This document shows positions 52,513 to 64,000 of a stretch of 64,000 bases of DNA, one piece after another. The first letter of the stretch is position 1; every line of letters starts with the position of its first letter. The DNA is from Octopus vulgaris. Its lineage: Eukaryota. The stretch spans positions 52,638,001 through 52,702,000 of the forward strand of contig OX597817.1 of assembly GCA_951406725.2 (NCBI GenBank), read 5' to 3'. A program made the translations under genes and the position numbers. The notes beneath the pieces were generated by a model, which had not been told where the DNA came from, did not search any database, and saw only the letters and a list, made by a program, of their open reading frames with translations.

Positions 52513-55000
52513 ACCAGTGGTTCTTCAAAAGAATGGATCACCCACCCTAGTGAATGACGAGGCAGAAAAGGATAGGGAAGCCAAGGAAGCAGTAACTAGA
52601 ACCCCCTCTGTGCTAACAGTCCTACAAAGGAACGGAGCCCTCACCCCATTGGACAACCAGAGGAAAAAAGTTTCCACCACAAGAAAAGGAAGGACGGACC
52701 ACAAAGACAAGCATAAAGAAGGAAAGGAAGAAAAAGGAAGAGGCAAAAATGAAACAACCAAAATCGAAACCCCAACCCACCAAACAAAAAACAGAAAACC
52801 CCATGGAGGATCCATTGCCATCCAAAACCTTACAGGAAAGAAGAAATTTGGAAGACACTCAAGAACCTGCAAGGTAAATGCTGACATGGGGAAGAAGAAA
52901 GCAAAAACTGCTGGCTTGCCCATCCGACACCCTGCCAAAACTACAGGGGCCTTAAGGAGGAAAACTTCCCTGAGAAAAGACAACCAATTTCTCCAAGGAA
53001 AAAATTTACAAAAGAAGTGCGCTCTTCAGATGTTATGTACAATGCAGCAGCTGAGCAAGAGTGTTTTTTGTACATGGCGCAAAAGATTGTGCAACAGCTG
53101 ACTTGGCTACACCAAGCACAAACAAGGAACCTTGCCCATGACTGTGCAAGGCCACCACAGTCAACAGACAAGGGGTGGCCTCCCCTAACACCTGCACAGT
53201 CATCATGCCAACTTTTTACTAAATATTGGGGGCCTGTTGCATCGTAATAAAAGCAAAATTTCTTTCCTGAGAGATCTTGCTGCATGTAATAAAGCCCTAT
53301 GCATAGCACTCATGTAAACTCACCTCAGCCCTGATATAGAGGATGCAGAAGTACATATACCAAAATATGCCATACTGCAAATAGACAGAAGGAGCCATAG
53401 TGGAATTGCTATATACATTCATGATGACCTCACACCCCAGGTCTTACTGTCATGCTCAAATTCAGTGTGTGACATTCTAATTGTATACATAAGACAACAT
53501 GATATAGTCATATACAATACATATGGTGCACCGGATGCTCCGAACCACATAGGAAAGTTTGAAGACTGCCTCACAAGAATAATATGCCCAATCCATAAAG
53601 GGGGAAGCAGAGCAGATGCCAAAAACTATAGGCCTTCACACACCAGGAAAGTCATGGAACAGATAGTCAGAGGGAAACTAATCGCATTCCTTGAAGAAAA
53701 TAACTTGCTGAGTGATACCCAGCATGGCTTTCGACCAGGTAAGAGCTGCCTGACCCAGCTCTTACAACATTATGACTGGGTGTTAAGGCAGTTACTTAAC
53801 AACTCAAATGTGGATGTAATACACCTTGATTTTGCAAAAGCTTTTGATAAAGTAGATCATGGTATGATATGCCACATACTTGGAGACTGGTTACATGACT
53901 TTCTTAAAGATAGGAGTCAGGCAGTAGTGGCTAATGGAGCCACTTCTATGAAAACACAAAGAGTGAGAGGTGTTCCACAGGGCACTGTCTTGGGACCACT
54001 GCTTTTTATAAGTGGCACTCTCAGATATGCCCTCAAGTGCCTGGATAGCTATCCTTGCAAGCTACACAGATGATACAAAAGTCTTGCAGAAAATACAGAA
54101 CCCCAGCGATGTTGCACATCTGCAGCAGATGTTAGACTCAATTTACAGATGGACTGAAGATAATAATATGCAGTTTAATGCTGCAAAATTCCAAGCCCTT
54201 GCGTACCAACATCCAAAACTGAATATTAAACCTACAGGGTACATCGGTCCACAGGGAATTTCAATCCTAGAGCCTAAATCAGTGAGGGACTTGTACATCA
54301 ATGTGAGTGATGATACCTCTTTCCAAGTGCACATTACCAGGATGGCGACAAAGTGCAGACAACAGGCTGGATGGATCCTGAGAACATTCAGAACCAGAGA
54401 TAAGGAAACCATGATGGTTCTCTGGAGGACATTCGTTCTCAGCCGCCTGGATTACTGTTCACAGCTATGGTCACCTAGCAGTGTGAAATTAACAGCGGAC
54501 CTTGAAGCAATTCAGAAAAGATTCACAAAGAAGATTGTCTCTTTGCAACAGCTCAGCTACTGGGAAAGGTTGAAACAGCTAAGGCTCTACTCTCTGGAGC
54601 AAAGGCGGGAGAGGTATTGTGCCAAATTTTGGCATTGAAAGTTACACCAATGCCAGAACGGGATGACACTGCATAGTGCCAAAGATTCCAGCAACCCATC
54701 GCGCTTCAGGACCAGCTATTGCAACAGTCTGGGTTTCAGGGGCCCAAAGCTTTTTAATATTCTTCCAAAGAGTCTGAGGAACATGCACAAAGTAGATGTA
54801 GGCGTTTTTAAATCAAAGCTGGACATCTTCTTGTCAAGAGTCCCAGATGAACCTACCTCATGCCAAGAGGTGCATTGAGGGTAGCTACATCAAACTCCAT
54901 TCTTCACCAAGTGCCAAATATTGGAGGAGGCTCTCAGTAATAACAGTGTAGCAAAACGGCGGTGCATCAGCATGACCGCAGCAATGACCTGAAACTACAG
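52513..55000 (+). mobile_element. Internally deleted, near full-length CR1/L2-group LINE
   Basis: ORF1-like basic/Cys-His remnants, APE remnants (THLSPDIEDAE, GIAIYIH), RT (LDFAKAFDKVDH, GVPQGTVLGPLLF, YTDDTK), 3' UTR and A-run. Confidence 0.9.
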
Positions 55001-55027
55001 CAAAAAAAAAAAAAAAAATATATATGT

Positions 55028-55058
<31 letters not shown>

Positions 55059-55079
55059 GTAATATATATATATATATAT

Positions 55080-55670
55080 CTGTGAGTGTGTATACTTCAT
55101 TTTTGTATTTGGTTTGCAAGATTTTTTATGTGAATATGTGTGTTGAAATAAATCTTGTTGTATTAGAATGGTCATAATGTTAATAATAATAAACACACAC
55201 ACACTGACTCCATATCACTTCTTTATTACCAGTCAATCTGTTAAGTATCTGACCATTTAATCTAATGTAGCATTTATTGCAAGTGTTGGTTAAGGAATCC
55301 AGCTGTTTGCTGGTCGACGTCCTTGTCAATGACATAACCACACTCTTCTAGGTCGGCATTGTGGTTGTCTAAGATTTAATATAGTGAATGTAGATGCCTG
55401 GTTTTTTTACAAGAGAAGGGAAGGGTGAGAGTAAATGATGAGCATGTATGTGTTTGTGCGTGTGGCCATGTGTGTGTGTGAGTGTGTGTCTGTGTGAGTG
55501 TGTGTGTGCATTGGCCTTATGTGACATCATTAGAGGTTCAGCATTTTTGTTCAAGGTCAATTTCCTTTCAGGTCTGCTGAGATTTGCTTGTTGTCCCATA
55601 CAGATTTATGGGTGTGGTAGATTATGTGGGGAGGGGGAAGAGGAAATGAGAACGAACAGGCTGTGTGTAT
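55080..55670. repeat. ~590-bp repeat with an inverted copy at 62625-63210
   Basis: Colinear high-identity reverse-complement match; ORF pairs 55448/62607 and 54885/63096 encode near-identical peptides. Confidence 0.92.
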
Positions 55671-56062
55671 ATGTATATATATGTATATGTGTGTCTGTGT
55701 ATCTTTATGTCTGTGTGTATCTCCCACCAGAGTTGGTGTGTTTCTGTCTCCATAATTTAATGGCTCAGCAAAAGAGATAGACAGGTTAAGCACCAGGTTT
55801 CAAAGAAACAAAAATTACTGGGGTCAATTCATTCAAGTAAAAATTCTTCTAGGTGGTGCCCCAGCATGGGGCAGTCTAATGACTGGATTGTAGCAAGTGA
55901 AAGACACCTAATGTAACTTAACTCCAAGAGGCAACACTTGTAGTGATGCCTGGTTCCAGACGCCGTTGTGGAACATTCATCCATGCATGCGCATAGAATT
56001 AGAGTTTCTGGAGATCTGATGGAAGCCCCTTATGCACATGCGTAATCATCAGCAGCGGCAGT

Positions 56063-56548
56063 GGAGGCGCAATGGCCCAGTGGTTAGGGCAGCGGAGTCA
56101 CGGTCGGAGGATCGCGGTTTCAATTCCCAGACCGGGCGTTGTATGTGTTTATTGAACGAAGACACCTAAAGCTCCACAAGGCTCCGGCAGGGGGGGGTGG
56201 CGACCCCTGTTGTACTCTTTCGCTCCAACTTTCTCTCACTCTTTCTTCCTGTTTCTTGTCCCCGACTTCCTATGCAACAACTGAGCCTGGATGTGCATTC
56301 AACCATCCGTCGATGCTCTCGGTGTCGGTGGTTGAACTGCTTTCTCTTCTGCGGGTCTTACGAATAGCAAAGGACCACATTTCGGACTTCTGCCAAGAGG
56401 ACAAAGACCGCTTCGCTCAATAGCAACCACTCAGCAGCAGCTAGTTTTGACTACCCATTCATCCTCTTCGGCCCCGGCTTCTGACCAGACAGGACGCAAC
56501 ATAGACCAGTTCCGTGGAGCTGGAATTCTGACGGCGAGCAACATTGCA
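56063..56548 (+). mobile_element. SINE B head with an alternative long CpG-rich 3' part
   Basis: Family B head to ~56250, then sequence unlike the other B copies. Confidence 0.7.
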
Positions 56549-57141
56549 CGTCTGTGAAAATACCTTCGTATTTTTGTGTCTAACTACCAACACTACTGCT
56601 TCCACACCAAAGCATCCAGGCTATCGATGTCCAGGGATGAAATGGTTATTCAGGCGAAAAAAATTATTATTGTTTGTTCGGAGAGATCTTATCCTCGCCT
56701 TTTCCTTCCATGTACTATGTATGGAATTGTGAAGCACCCGTCCAGTGCCACCTCATTTTCCTAAACACTAAACACATCTTATGATGCACCATCACCAGAC
56801 TCATTATCCATTTGTATTTCCCTCCGAAATGATATTCAAGTTGACTGACAGTAACAACAGCAATAAGAAACTCACCAACCTGGGAAAGTCTGTGAGGGTC
56901 ATGGTTGTACTCACTTCATGGATTAATTCGAGAACAAACAAAAATCAAAATACATTGAGGGCATGTTTAGCATGAAGTGGTGGAAAATATAAATTATGCA
57001 TTCAGGGTGTTGTTTTATATTCCAAGAAACATCCAACATAGGAATATAAATTGGTTCATACATACATGCATGCATACACACACATCATAATCTGAAGGCT
57101 CAATCAATCAATCAATCTGTCTGTCTATCTACAGATATATT

Positions 57142-57206
<65 letters not shown>

Positions 57207-57283
57207 ATATATCTATGTATATATATATAAGTATATATATATATGTATATGTATTTATATATGTATATATATATACATATGTA

Positions 57284-57667
57284 AGTGCAGGAATGGCTGT
57301 ATGGTAAGTAGCTTGCTTACCAACTACATGGTTCCGGGTTCAGTCCCACTGCTTGGCACTTGGGCAAGTGTCTTCTGCTATAGCCTCGGGCTGACCAAAG
57401 CCTTGTGAGTGGATTTGGTAGACGGAAACTGAAAGAAGCCTGTCGTATATATTTGTAAATGTATATATATATGTGTGTGTGTGTTTGTGTGTCTGTGTTT
57501 GTCCCCCACAACATTGCTTGACAACCGATGCTGGTGTGTTTACGTCCCCGTAACTTAGCAATTTGGCAAAAGAGACCGATAGAATAAGTACTAGGCTTAC
57601 AAAGAATAAGTCCTAAAGGCAGTGCTCCAGCATGGCCGCAGTCAAATGACTGAAACATGTAAAAGAG
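57284..57667 (+). mobile_element. Full-length SINE family A
   Basis: tRNA-like head, internal TA/TG microsatellite, tail GCTCCAGCATGGCCGCAGTCAAATGACTGAAAC. Confidence 0.9.
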
Positions 57668-57860
57668 TATATATGTATATATATATATTACACTCTCTAA
57701 GATGTTACTAATTGATTTGAGAACTTTACATTATTGGAAAACCTATATGAAATTAGCTGAAGATTACTTGACATATTATATTTGCAGCTTTAATAAATTG
57801 TTATAGTATGAAACAATTGTACTAAATTACCGGATCCATTCTTGTTGCTTATTTTTTGGT

Positions 57861-57924
<64 letters not shown>

Positions 57925-58139
57925 CACAAACACACATACATATATATCTATATACATACATATTTATATCTATCTACATTATACTAAGATTCAATGTTTG
58001 TTTTCCTGCCATTTCATAAAGAATAAAAATAAAAAGTCATTTTCCCCTTTAAGAAAAAAGCATACTATTTTATTTAAAATTAAATATTAACCTTTATCCT
58101 CTTAATCAAAAAGCAGAAAGAGAGAGAGTATCTCTTTAT

Positions 58140-58590
58140 AGATGAAAATCAGTTGCAAATGGGAGTTGAATCTCATAAAAATGGAAAAATAAACAATAAC
58201 AAATGGGTTGTACCTTATAATAAAACTCTTTTGAGATCATTCAAATGCCACTGAAATGTTGATATCATTGCCTCAGTGATGTCAATTCAGTATGTCAGCT
58301 AGTACATGCTGAAAGGACCGTTCAAAGCAGTTGCATCCATTTTAGGATATTCAGTTCATGAAAGGGCACCTGCAATAGGGAGACTGCAAGTTCATCTACC
58401 AGACGAACAAAGAATATTGCCCTGAAATTATGAGAATATATATGGTTGTCAATGAACGACATATGAGAAGAACACTGACAGAATTCTTTTCATTGTGCAT
58501 CAGTGATGACCTTGCAAAAACATTACTTTATGCTGGAGTAGCCATGTAATTTCATTTGGAACAGTGGTAACAAAGTGAGGAAAAAAACAG
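58140..58590 (+). pseudogene. Helitron Rep/helicase fragment
   Basis: NKWVVPYNKTLLRSFKCH*NVDI..SIQYV..YMLKG, VHERAPAIGRLQVHLPDEQ, TLTEFFSLC...AKTLLY match Helitron motifs; contains stops and deletions. Confidence 0.85.
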
Positions 58591-58695
58591 TTGAAGGTCA
58601 CTTAAATGCCTTCAAAGAAGAATCACTTGCCATGCATCAACAGTTTCAACTTGCAGTAGTTGTGACCAAACAGGTCACAGTGGGTACATCGCATG

Positions 58696-58731
<36 letters not shown>

Positions 58732-58750
58732 CGTGTGTGTGTGTGTGTGC

Positions 58751-58787
<37 letters not shown>

Positions 58788-58971
58788 AATTAGAGAAGAA
58801 CCACTTTTTATCAATTCAACAATGAAATAACAATGATATAATTAAATTATACCATATAGAAAAAAATTAGATATACAATATTATATTTTGTGAAATTTGA
58901 TTTAATATTACTAAATTGAATTTTTCCCTCTAAGTTTGGAATAATATTCCCTAATATTATATATATATATA

Positions 58972-59633
58972 TCCAGGAAAACCTGGGACGAGGTGGTGAA
59001 GCACGACCTTCGAACTTTAGGTCTCACTGAGGAAATGACTAGAGACCGAGACCTCTGGAAGTATGCTGTGCGTGAGAAGACCCGGCAGGACAAGTGAGAC
59101 CATAACCCGTAGCCTTCTACATGGAATGTAGCCAGTCCACTTATGCATACCTTCCCTTCTTGGGACACAAAACTCTACTTGTGAAGACCTGTTGAGGCAA
59201 GTGAGAATCAGAATCGAAATCGATCAATGGAAATTGCAGCTGAGATACCAGTGCCGGTGGCACGTAAGAGAACCATCCGAATGTGGCCATTGCCAGTGCT
59301 GCCCCGACTGGCCTCGTGCCGGTGACACATAAAAAGCACCATCCGTTCGTGGCCGTTGCCAGCCTCGCCTGACCCCCGTGCCGGTGGCACATAAAAAGCA
59401 CCATCCGATCGTGGCCGTTTGCCAGACTTGTCTGGCACCTGTGCCGGTGGCACGTAAAAAGCACCCACTACACTCATAGAGTGGTTGGTGTTAAGAAGGG
59501 CATCCAGCCGTAGAAACATTGCCAGATCAGACTGGGCCTGGTGCAGCCTTCTGGCTTCCCAGACCCCAGTTGAACCGTCCAACCCATGCTAGCATGGAAA
59601 GCGGACGCTAAATGATGATGATGATGATGATGA
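58972..59633 (+). mobile_element. RTE 3' end plus tail
   Basis: PGKTWDEVVKHDLRTLGLTEEMTRDRDLWKYAV; tandem units; (GAT)n. Confidence 0.9.
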
Positions 59634-59659
59634 CATATATATATTTACATACATACATA

Positions 59660-60145
59660 TATTATGGCTGGCCCCTCGTTATCGAGTATGGCCATTGCAT
59701 GAAGCTTAACTGTTACTGGTCCTGTGATCGAATGTGACTTTTTAGCCCAGCTAAAGATCTACAATGTCCTGTACAGAATTGGCAGCTAAAACCTTTACCA
59801 GTAATAGATGGCTGTAGTTGTAACTGGGCTTCATGTACCTTTGTATGCCGTTTAATTCCTCCTGCTGAATAACACTCTCTTCCACATGCCCAACAGATAT
59901 GATTAATATGGTGTGTTACACCACCACCAGTGGCCAGGTTGTCACTCATCTGTCTCGCTTCATGACTACAAAGATGACTCTTGAGTCCAGCTTTACTGAG
60001 GCAGGGTCTTGCACAGACATTGCATGTCAGCATCAAAGGAAGACCCTTCCCATCTGGAAATGTAACAGCGATGCCCTTCCTGACATCCCTCCTTACTTTC
60101 TCATGTGCAACTCGAGATTTCTCAAAAGTGGCTGTCCCCTCGTGC
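59660..60145 (-). mobile_element. 3' end of an RTE-like LINE with three C2H2 fingers
   Basis: CNVCARPCLSKAGLKSH, CWACGRECYSAGGIKRH, CQFCTGHCRSLAGLKSH, preceded by EG...FE..R; short UTR. Confidence 0.7.
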
Positions 60146-60194
60146 ACATACATACATAAATACATATATATATATATATACATATATACACATT

Positions 60195-60517
60195 AAAGAC
60201 TCCGCCGGTTACAACGACGAGGGTCCCAGCTGATACGATCAACGGAACAGCTTGCTTGTGAAATTAACGTGCAAATGGCTGAGCATTCCACAGACACGTG
60301 TACCCTTAACGTAGTTCTCGGGGATAATCAGCGTGACACAGAGAGTGACAAGGCTGACCCTTTGAAATACAAGTACAACTCATTTTTGCCAGCTGAGTGG
60401 ACTGGAGCAACGTGAAATAAAGTGTCTTGCTCAAGGACACAACGCGTCGCCGGAATCGAACTCACAACCTTACGATCATGAGCCGAATGCCCTAACCACT
60501 AAGCCACGCGCCCTCAC
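60195..60517 (-). mobile_element. Young tRNA-derived SINE (family D-related)
   Basis: GGGCGCGTGGCTTAGTGGTTAGGGC...CTCATGA...GAGTTCGATTCC then GTGTCCTTGAGCAAGACAC; CpGs intact. Confidence 0.88.
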
Positions 60518-61721
60518 TCATATATACACATACATATAAGAGGAATGACCACTAGGTGGACTCCTAATATGCTAAATGTAGACCCCATATAGTCTGACAA
60601 GTAAGAAAAAATTGTTCTCAAGAAAATTTGGCAAACGCCAGAGAAAGCAAGACAAATGAAAAGATACAAAATATAATGATTAGTCACATATCATGGTTTC
60701 ATTGTTAGCATTTACATACGTAAATGTTTGCAAATCCTCAATGTGACCTTCATAGAAAATATAATTTGCAGAACTATACACGAGACGTCCTCATGAGAGA
60801 ACATGCATACAGTTCTATCAATTATATTTGGGAGTATATTACAAATGTCTCCATTTTGGCATGCCGAAGCCAGAAGTGACTCTGCAGAAAATAATTTTCT
60901 CCATCAAAGCCTGCCAATTAGAGAACATGGTTATTTAAATTTAAATAATAAGGGTAAAAAATGGATATCAATTTGATTAATATCAGTTTAAACCAGTGGC
61001 CTAGCATATTGAAAAAATCTGAAGATTCAGAAAATTATATTACATATATATAAGAGGAATGACCACTAGGTGGACTCCTAATATGCTAAATGTAAACCCC
61101 ACATGGTCTGACGACTAAGAAAAAATTCGGCAAACATAATTTAATATCCGGTCTTCCATGCATGCATCGGTAGGAAATATATTTGTAAATAGTAAGGGAT
61201 TACACCAAACATTTACCGGCTTACTCTCAGTACTCAGTATTCTAAGTATTCAAAATAGGTTACTCAGCAGTTAATATATAAATCCAATAATATTCTCATA
61301 AGATAAGTATTTAGAGGTATAATTCATTGGGTCATTCTGAATATATTACCTTAACAATTAGGCTGCCTGGAGTATGTAATATCGATAATAATAATAATAA
61401 TGATAATAATAAGGATTATTACAAAGTGGCATAACATTACCTTTAATTCTTTTTATATTCATACAGCTTTACATAGGCTGATCCATGTTTCTAATCAGTG
61501 CAGTTGAAACATGTGTAGGTCTATGTAAAGTTGTATATATAGAATTAAAGGTAATGCTATGCTACTTTATAATAATCCTTATTATTATTATTATCATTGT
61601 TGATACATACATATATATATACACACATATGTATATATATATATATATGGATATATAATAGGATGAGAGAATAGAAAGGTAATTAATAAATTATTAATTA
61701 TCAATTAAAAAATTGACAAAC

Positions 61722-61806
61722 ATCTCTTACAGATGTTTCAATTCAGGCTCTCAGAAAATTAATTAATTAAAATAAAAATCATTTGAAAGTCGAATCTCTT
61801 CAGAGG
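61722..61806 (-). ncRNA. Type-I hammerhead with long helix II, partly decayed
   Basis: CTGAAGA-GATTCGACTTTCA...TGAGAGCCTGAATT-GAAACATCTGTA; overlaps fold-back 61780-61981. Confidence 0.55.
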
Positions 61807-62282
61807 CAGATAAAGGTATACAAAGTAGGTGTTCAATTTCCACATATTGAGTAAACGCCTGCAAATGTGTTCAATTTCCTCATATTGTGTTAACAGTTTG
61901 CAGCTGTTTACTCAATATGAGGTAATTGAACACCTACTATGTATACCTTTATCTATCTCTGAAGAAATTTGTCTTTCAAATAATCTTTAAGTGATTTCTA
62001 CCATTCTATAAAATTTGACCTTTGACTGTCTTCTTACATTTCACTTCCACTAAATATATCTACTTCCATGCCTTTAAGCTTTATTCTAATTCACCTATTG
62101 CTCTATATCTCTCCACTATGAGTTTTCTGCTAATTTCTTTCTTTCTCCTCCTCATCTTTCTATAAACTACCTTGATGTTATATCTACTAATGGTTTTTTA
62201 AAACACTTGATAGCATTCCCTTCATCCTATATGCAGTCATCACATTCTGTTGAATGACTTATTGATGTGTTTGATTTCTTTC

Positions 62283-62370
62283 TTTCCCTGATGAGAAGAT
62301 TGCATTGTTTTACACCATTTTATTCCTTCTGGAATAATACCAATGTTTTCTTTGAAACATATGTCAGAAG
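62283..62370 (+). ncRNA. Type-I hammerhead (family 6)
   Basis: TTTCC-CTGATGA-GAAGATTGCATTG...CAATGTTTTCTTT-GAAACATATGTC-AGAAG; ACATATGT palindrome, GUC triplet at 62363-62365. Confidence 0.72.
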
Positions 62371-62521
62371 TAAAAAGATTTGAATAACATCTGCTTTTAA
62401 CTCCATTTATATATAAATTTAAACAAGGGTGAAAAATTGGATATTAATTTGATTAACATCAATTTAAAACCAGTGGTGTAGCATATTAAAATCTGAAGGT
62501 TCATAAAATTGTATTACATAC

Positions 62522-62570
<49 letters not shown>

Positions 62571-63559
62571 CAGGAGCTGTCCAGGCAGAAAAACTACCAT
62601 AGGCTCTTACGTCTGTTTCGGCAGGGATTTTACACACACACACACCCTGTTCTTTGTCCTTTCCTCTTCCCCCTCCCCACATAAGTTACCACGCCCATAA
62701 ATCTGTATGGGACAACAAGCAATTCTCAGCAGACCTGAAAGGAAATTGATCTTGAACAAAAATGCTGAACCACTAACGAGGTCACATATGGCCAATGCAC
62801 ACACACACTCAGACACACTCACACACACACATGCACAAACACATACATGCTAATCATTTACTCTCACCCTTCCCTTCTATTGTAAAAAAAACAGACATCT
62901 ACATCCACAATATTAAATCTTAGGCAACTACAATGCCGACCTAGAGGAGTGTGGTTATGTCATTGACAAGGACGTTGACCGACAAACAGCTGGATTCCTT
63001 AACCAAGACTTACAATGAATGCTACATTAGATTAGATGGTCAGATACTTAACAGATTGACTGATAATAAAGAAGTGATATGGAACCAGTGTATGTGTGTT
63101 TATTATTATTAACATAATGACCATTCTAAGACAACAAGATTTATTTCAACACACACATTCACATAAAAAATCTTGCAAACCAAATACAAAAATGAAGTAT
63201 ACACACACAAACACACACACATATATATATATACATATATATATATACATACATACATATATATATATATACATCATCACCTGTCAACAATATTTGTATC
63301 TAAACAGAAGGCTCGTGACTTAGGGGTTTATATCTGCTTGTACAGCAACCAGCAAGGAGCAAGAGTGGCTCATAGGCACTAGAGTGACTGTGTGATAAGA
63401 AGCTTGCTTCCCAACCATATGGTTCCAAGTTCAGTCTCACTGCGTTACACCTTGGGCAAGTATCTTCTACTATAGCCTTGGGCCGACCAAAGTCTTGTGA
63501 GGGGATTTGGTAGATGAAAACTGAAAGAAGCCTGTTGTGTGTGTGTGTGTGTGTGTGTG

Positions 63560-64000
63560 CTGAAATATGCTGATGACACCAAGCTGTACCTTGGGATAAA
63601 AAGGACAGATCCTGAACACTATAGGTCTTCCATACAATTGGACCTGGACACAATGTAACAATGGATCATGGACTGACAACTCAACCTGGCTATGGACAAG
63701 TGTACCACCATGCATTTTGGGAGGAAAAAACCCAGTGTTCACATACTCTCTTCACAATGCTATCAAGAAGTTTTCTTGTGAATGTGACCCGGGCATTACT
63801 GTCAGCAGCTATTTACACAGGGCAAAGCACATCTCTAAAAGCAAGACCTTTATCAGCCACTCCCCAGTTATGGCTGTATATGGCTATGGTGTGGCCACAC
63901 TTGGAATTTGCATCACGAGTCTGGAACCCCTATCTTGCTCAGGACACTGACCTCCGGGAAAATGTTCAGAGACGTGCAACCAAGTGAATGCCCTCTATCA
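63560..64000 (+). mobile_element. CR1/L2-group LINE RT C-terminal fragment
   Basis: KYADDTKLY, LYMAMVWPHLEFASRVWNPY...ENVQRRATK. Confidence 0.85.

Noticed and set aside
59713-60145. Host C2H2 zinc-finger gene
   Set aside because: No TGEKP linkers or splice acceptor, truncated at a microsatellite, and fingers resemble RTE C-termini
60445-60517. tRNA gene with CAT anticodon
   Set aside because: No acceptor-stem closure or T-run terminator; it continues into a SINE body

Overview
AT-rich, repeat-dominated animal genomic DNA; the SINE/LINE/microsatellite mix looks like an octopus (inference from repeat types, not verified by search). Most listed ORFs are microsatellite artefacts. The only well-supported host coding sequence is a 2,214-nt symmetric exon on the minus strand (39616-41829; low-complexity P/Q/S/N-rich protein, not identified), so most of the window is probably intron. 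The rest is RTE- and CR1/L2-group LINE fragments, four SINE families (three with clear tRNA-derived heads), a decayed mariner, several MITEs, Helitron pieces, a CRE-type endonuclease fragment and an isolated 28S rRNA fragment. The strongest unexplained signal is more than a dozen intact or decayed minimal type-I hammerhead ribozyme motifs from at least six short families, many in head-to-head inverted repeats typical of Penelope-like elements. One family joins a tRNA-like Pol III head to a hammerhead and a 34-nt Penelope-like tail, with 10-13 bp target-site duplications. Two families carry non-canonical catalytic cores. Repeat boundaries were read by eye and are approximate.
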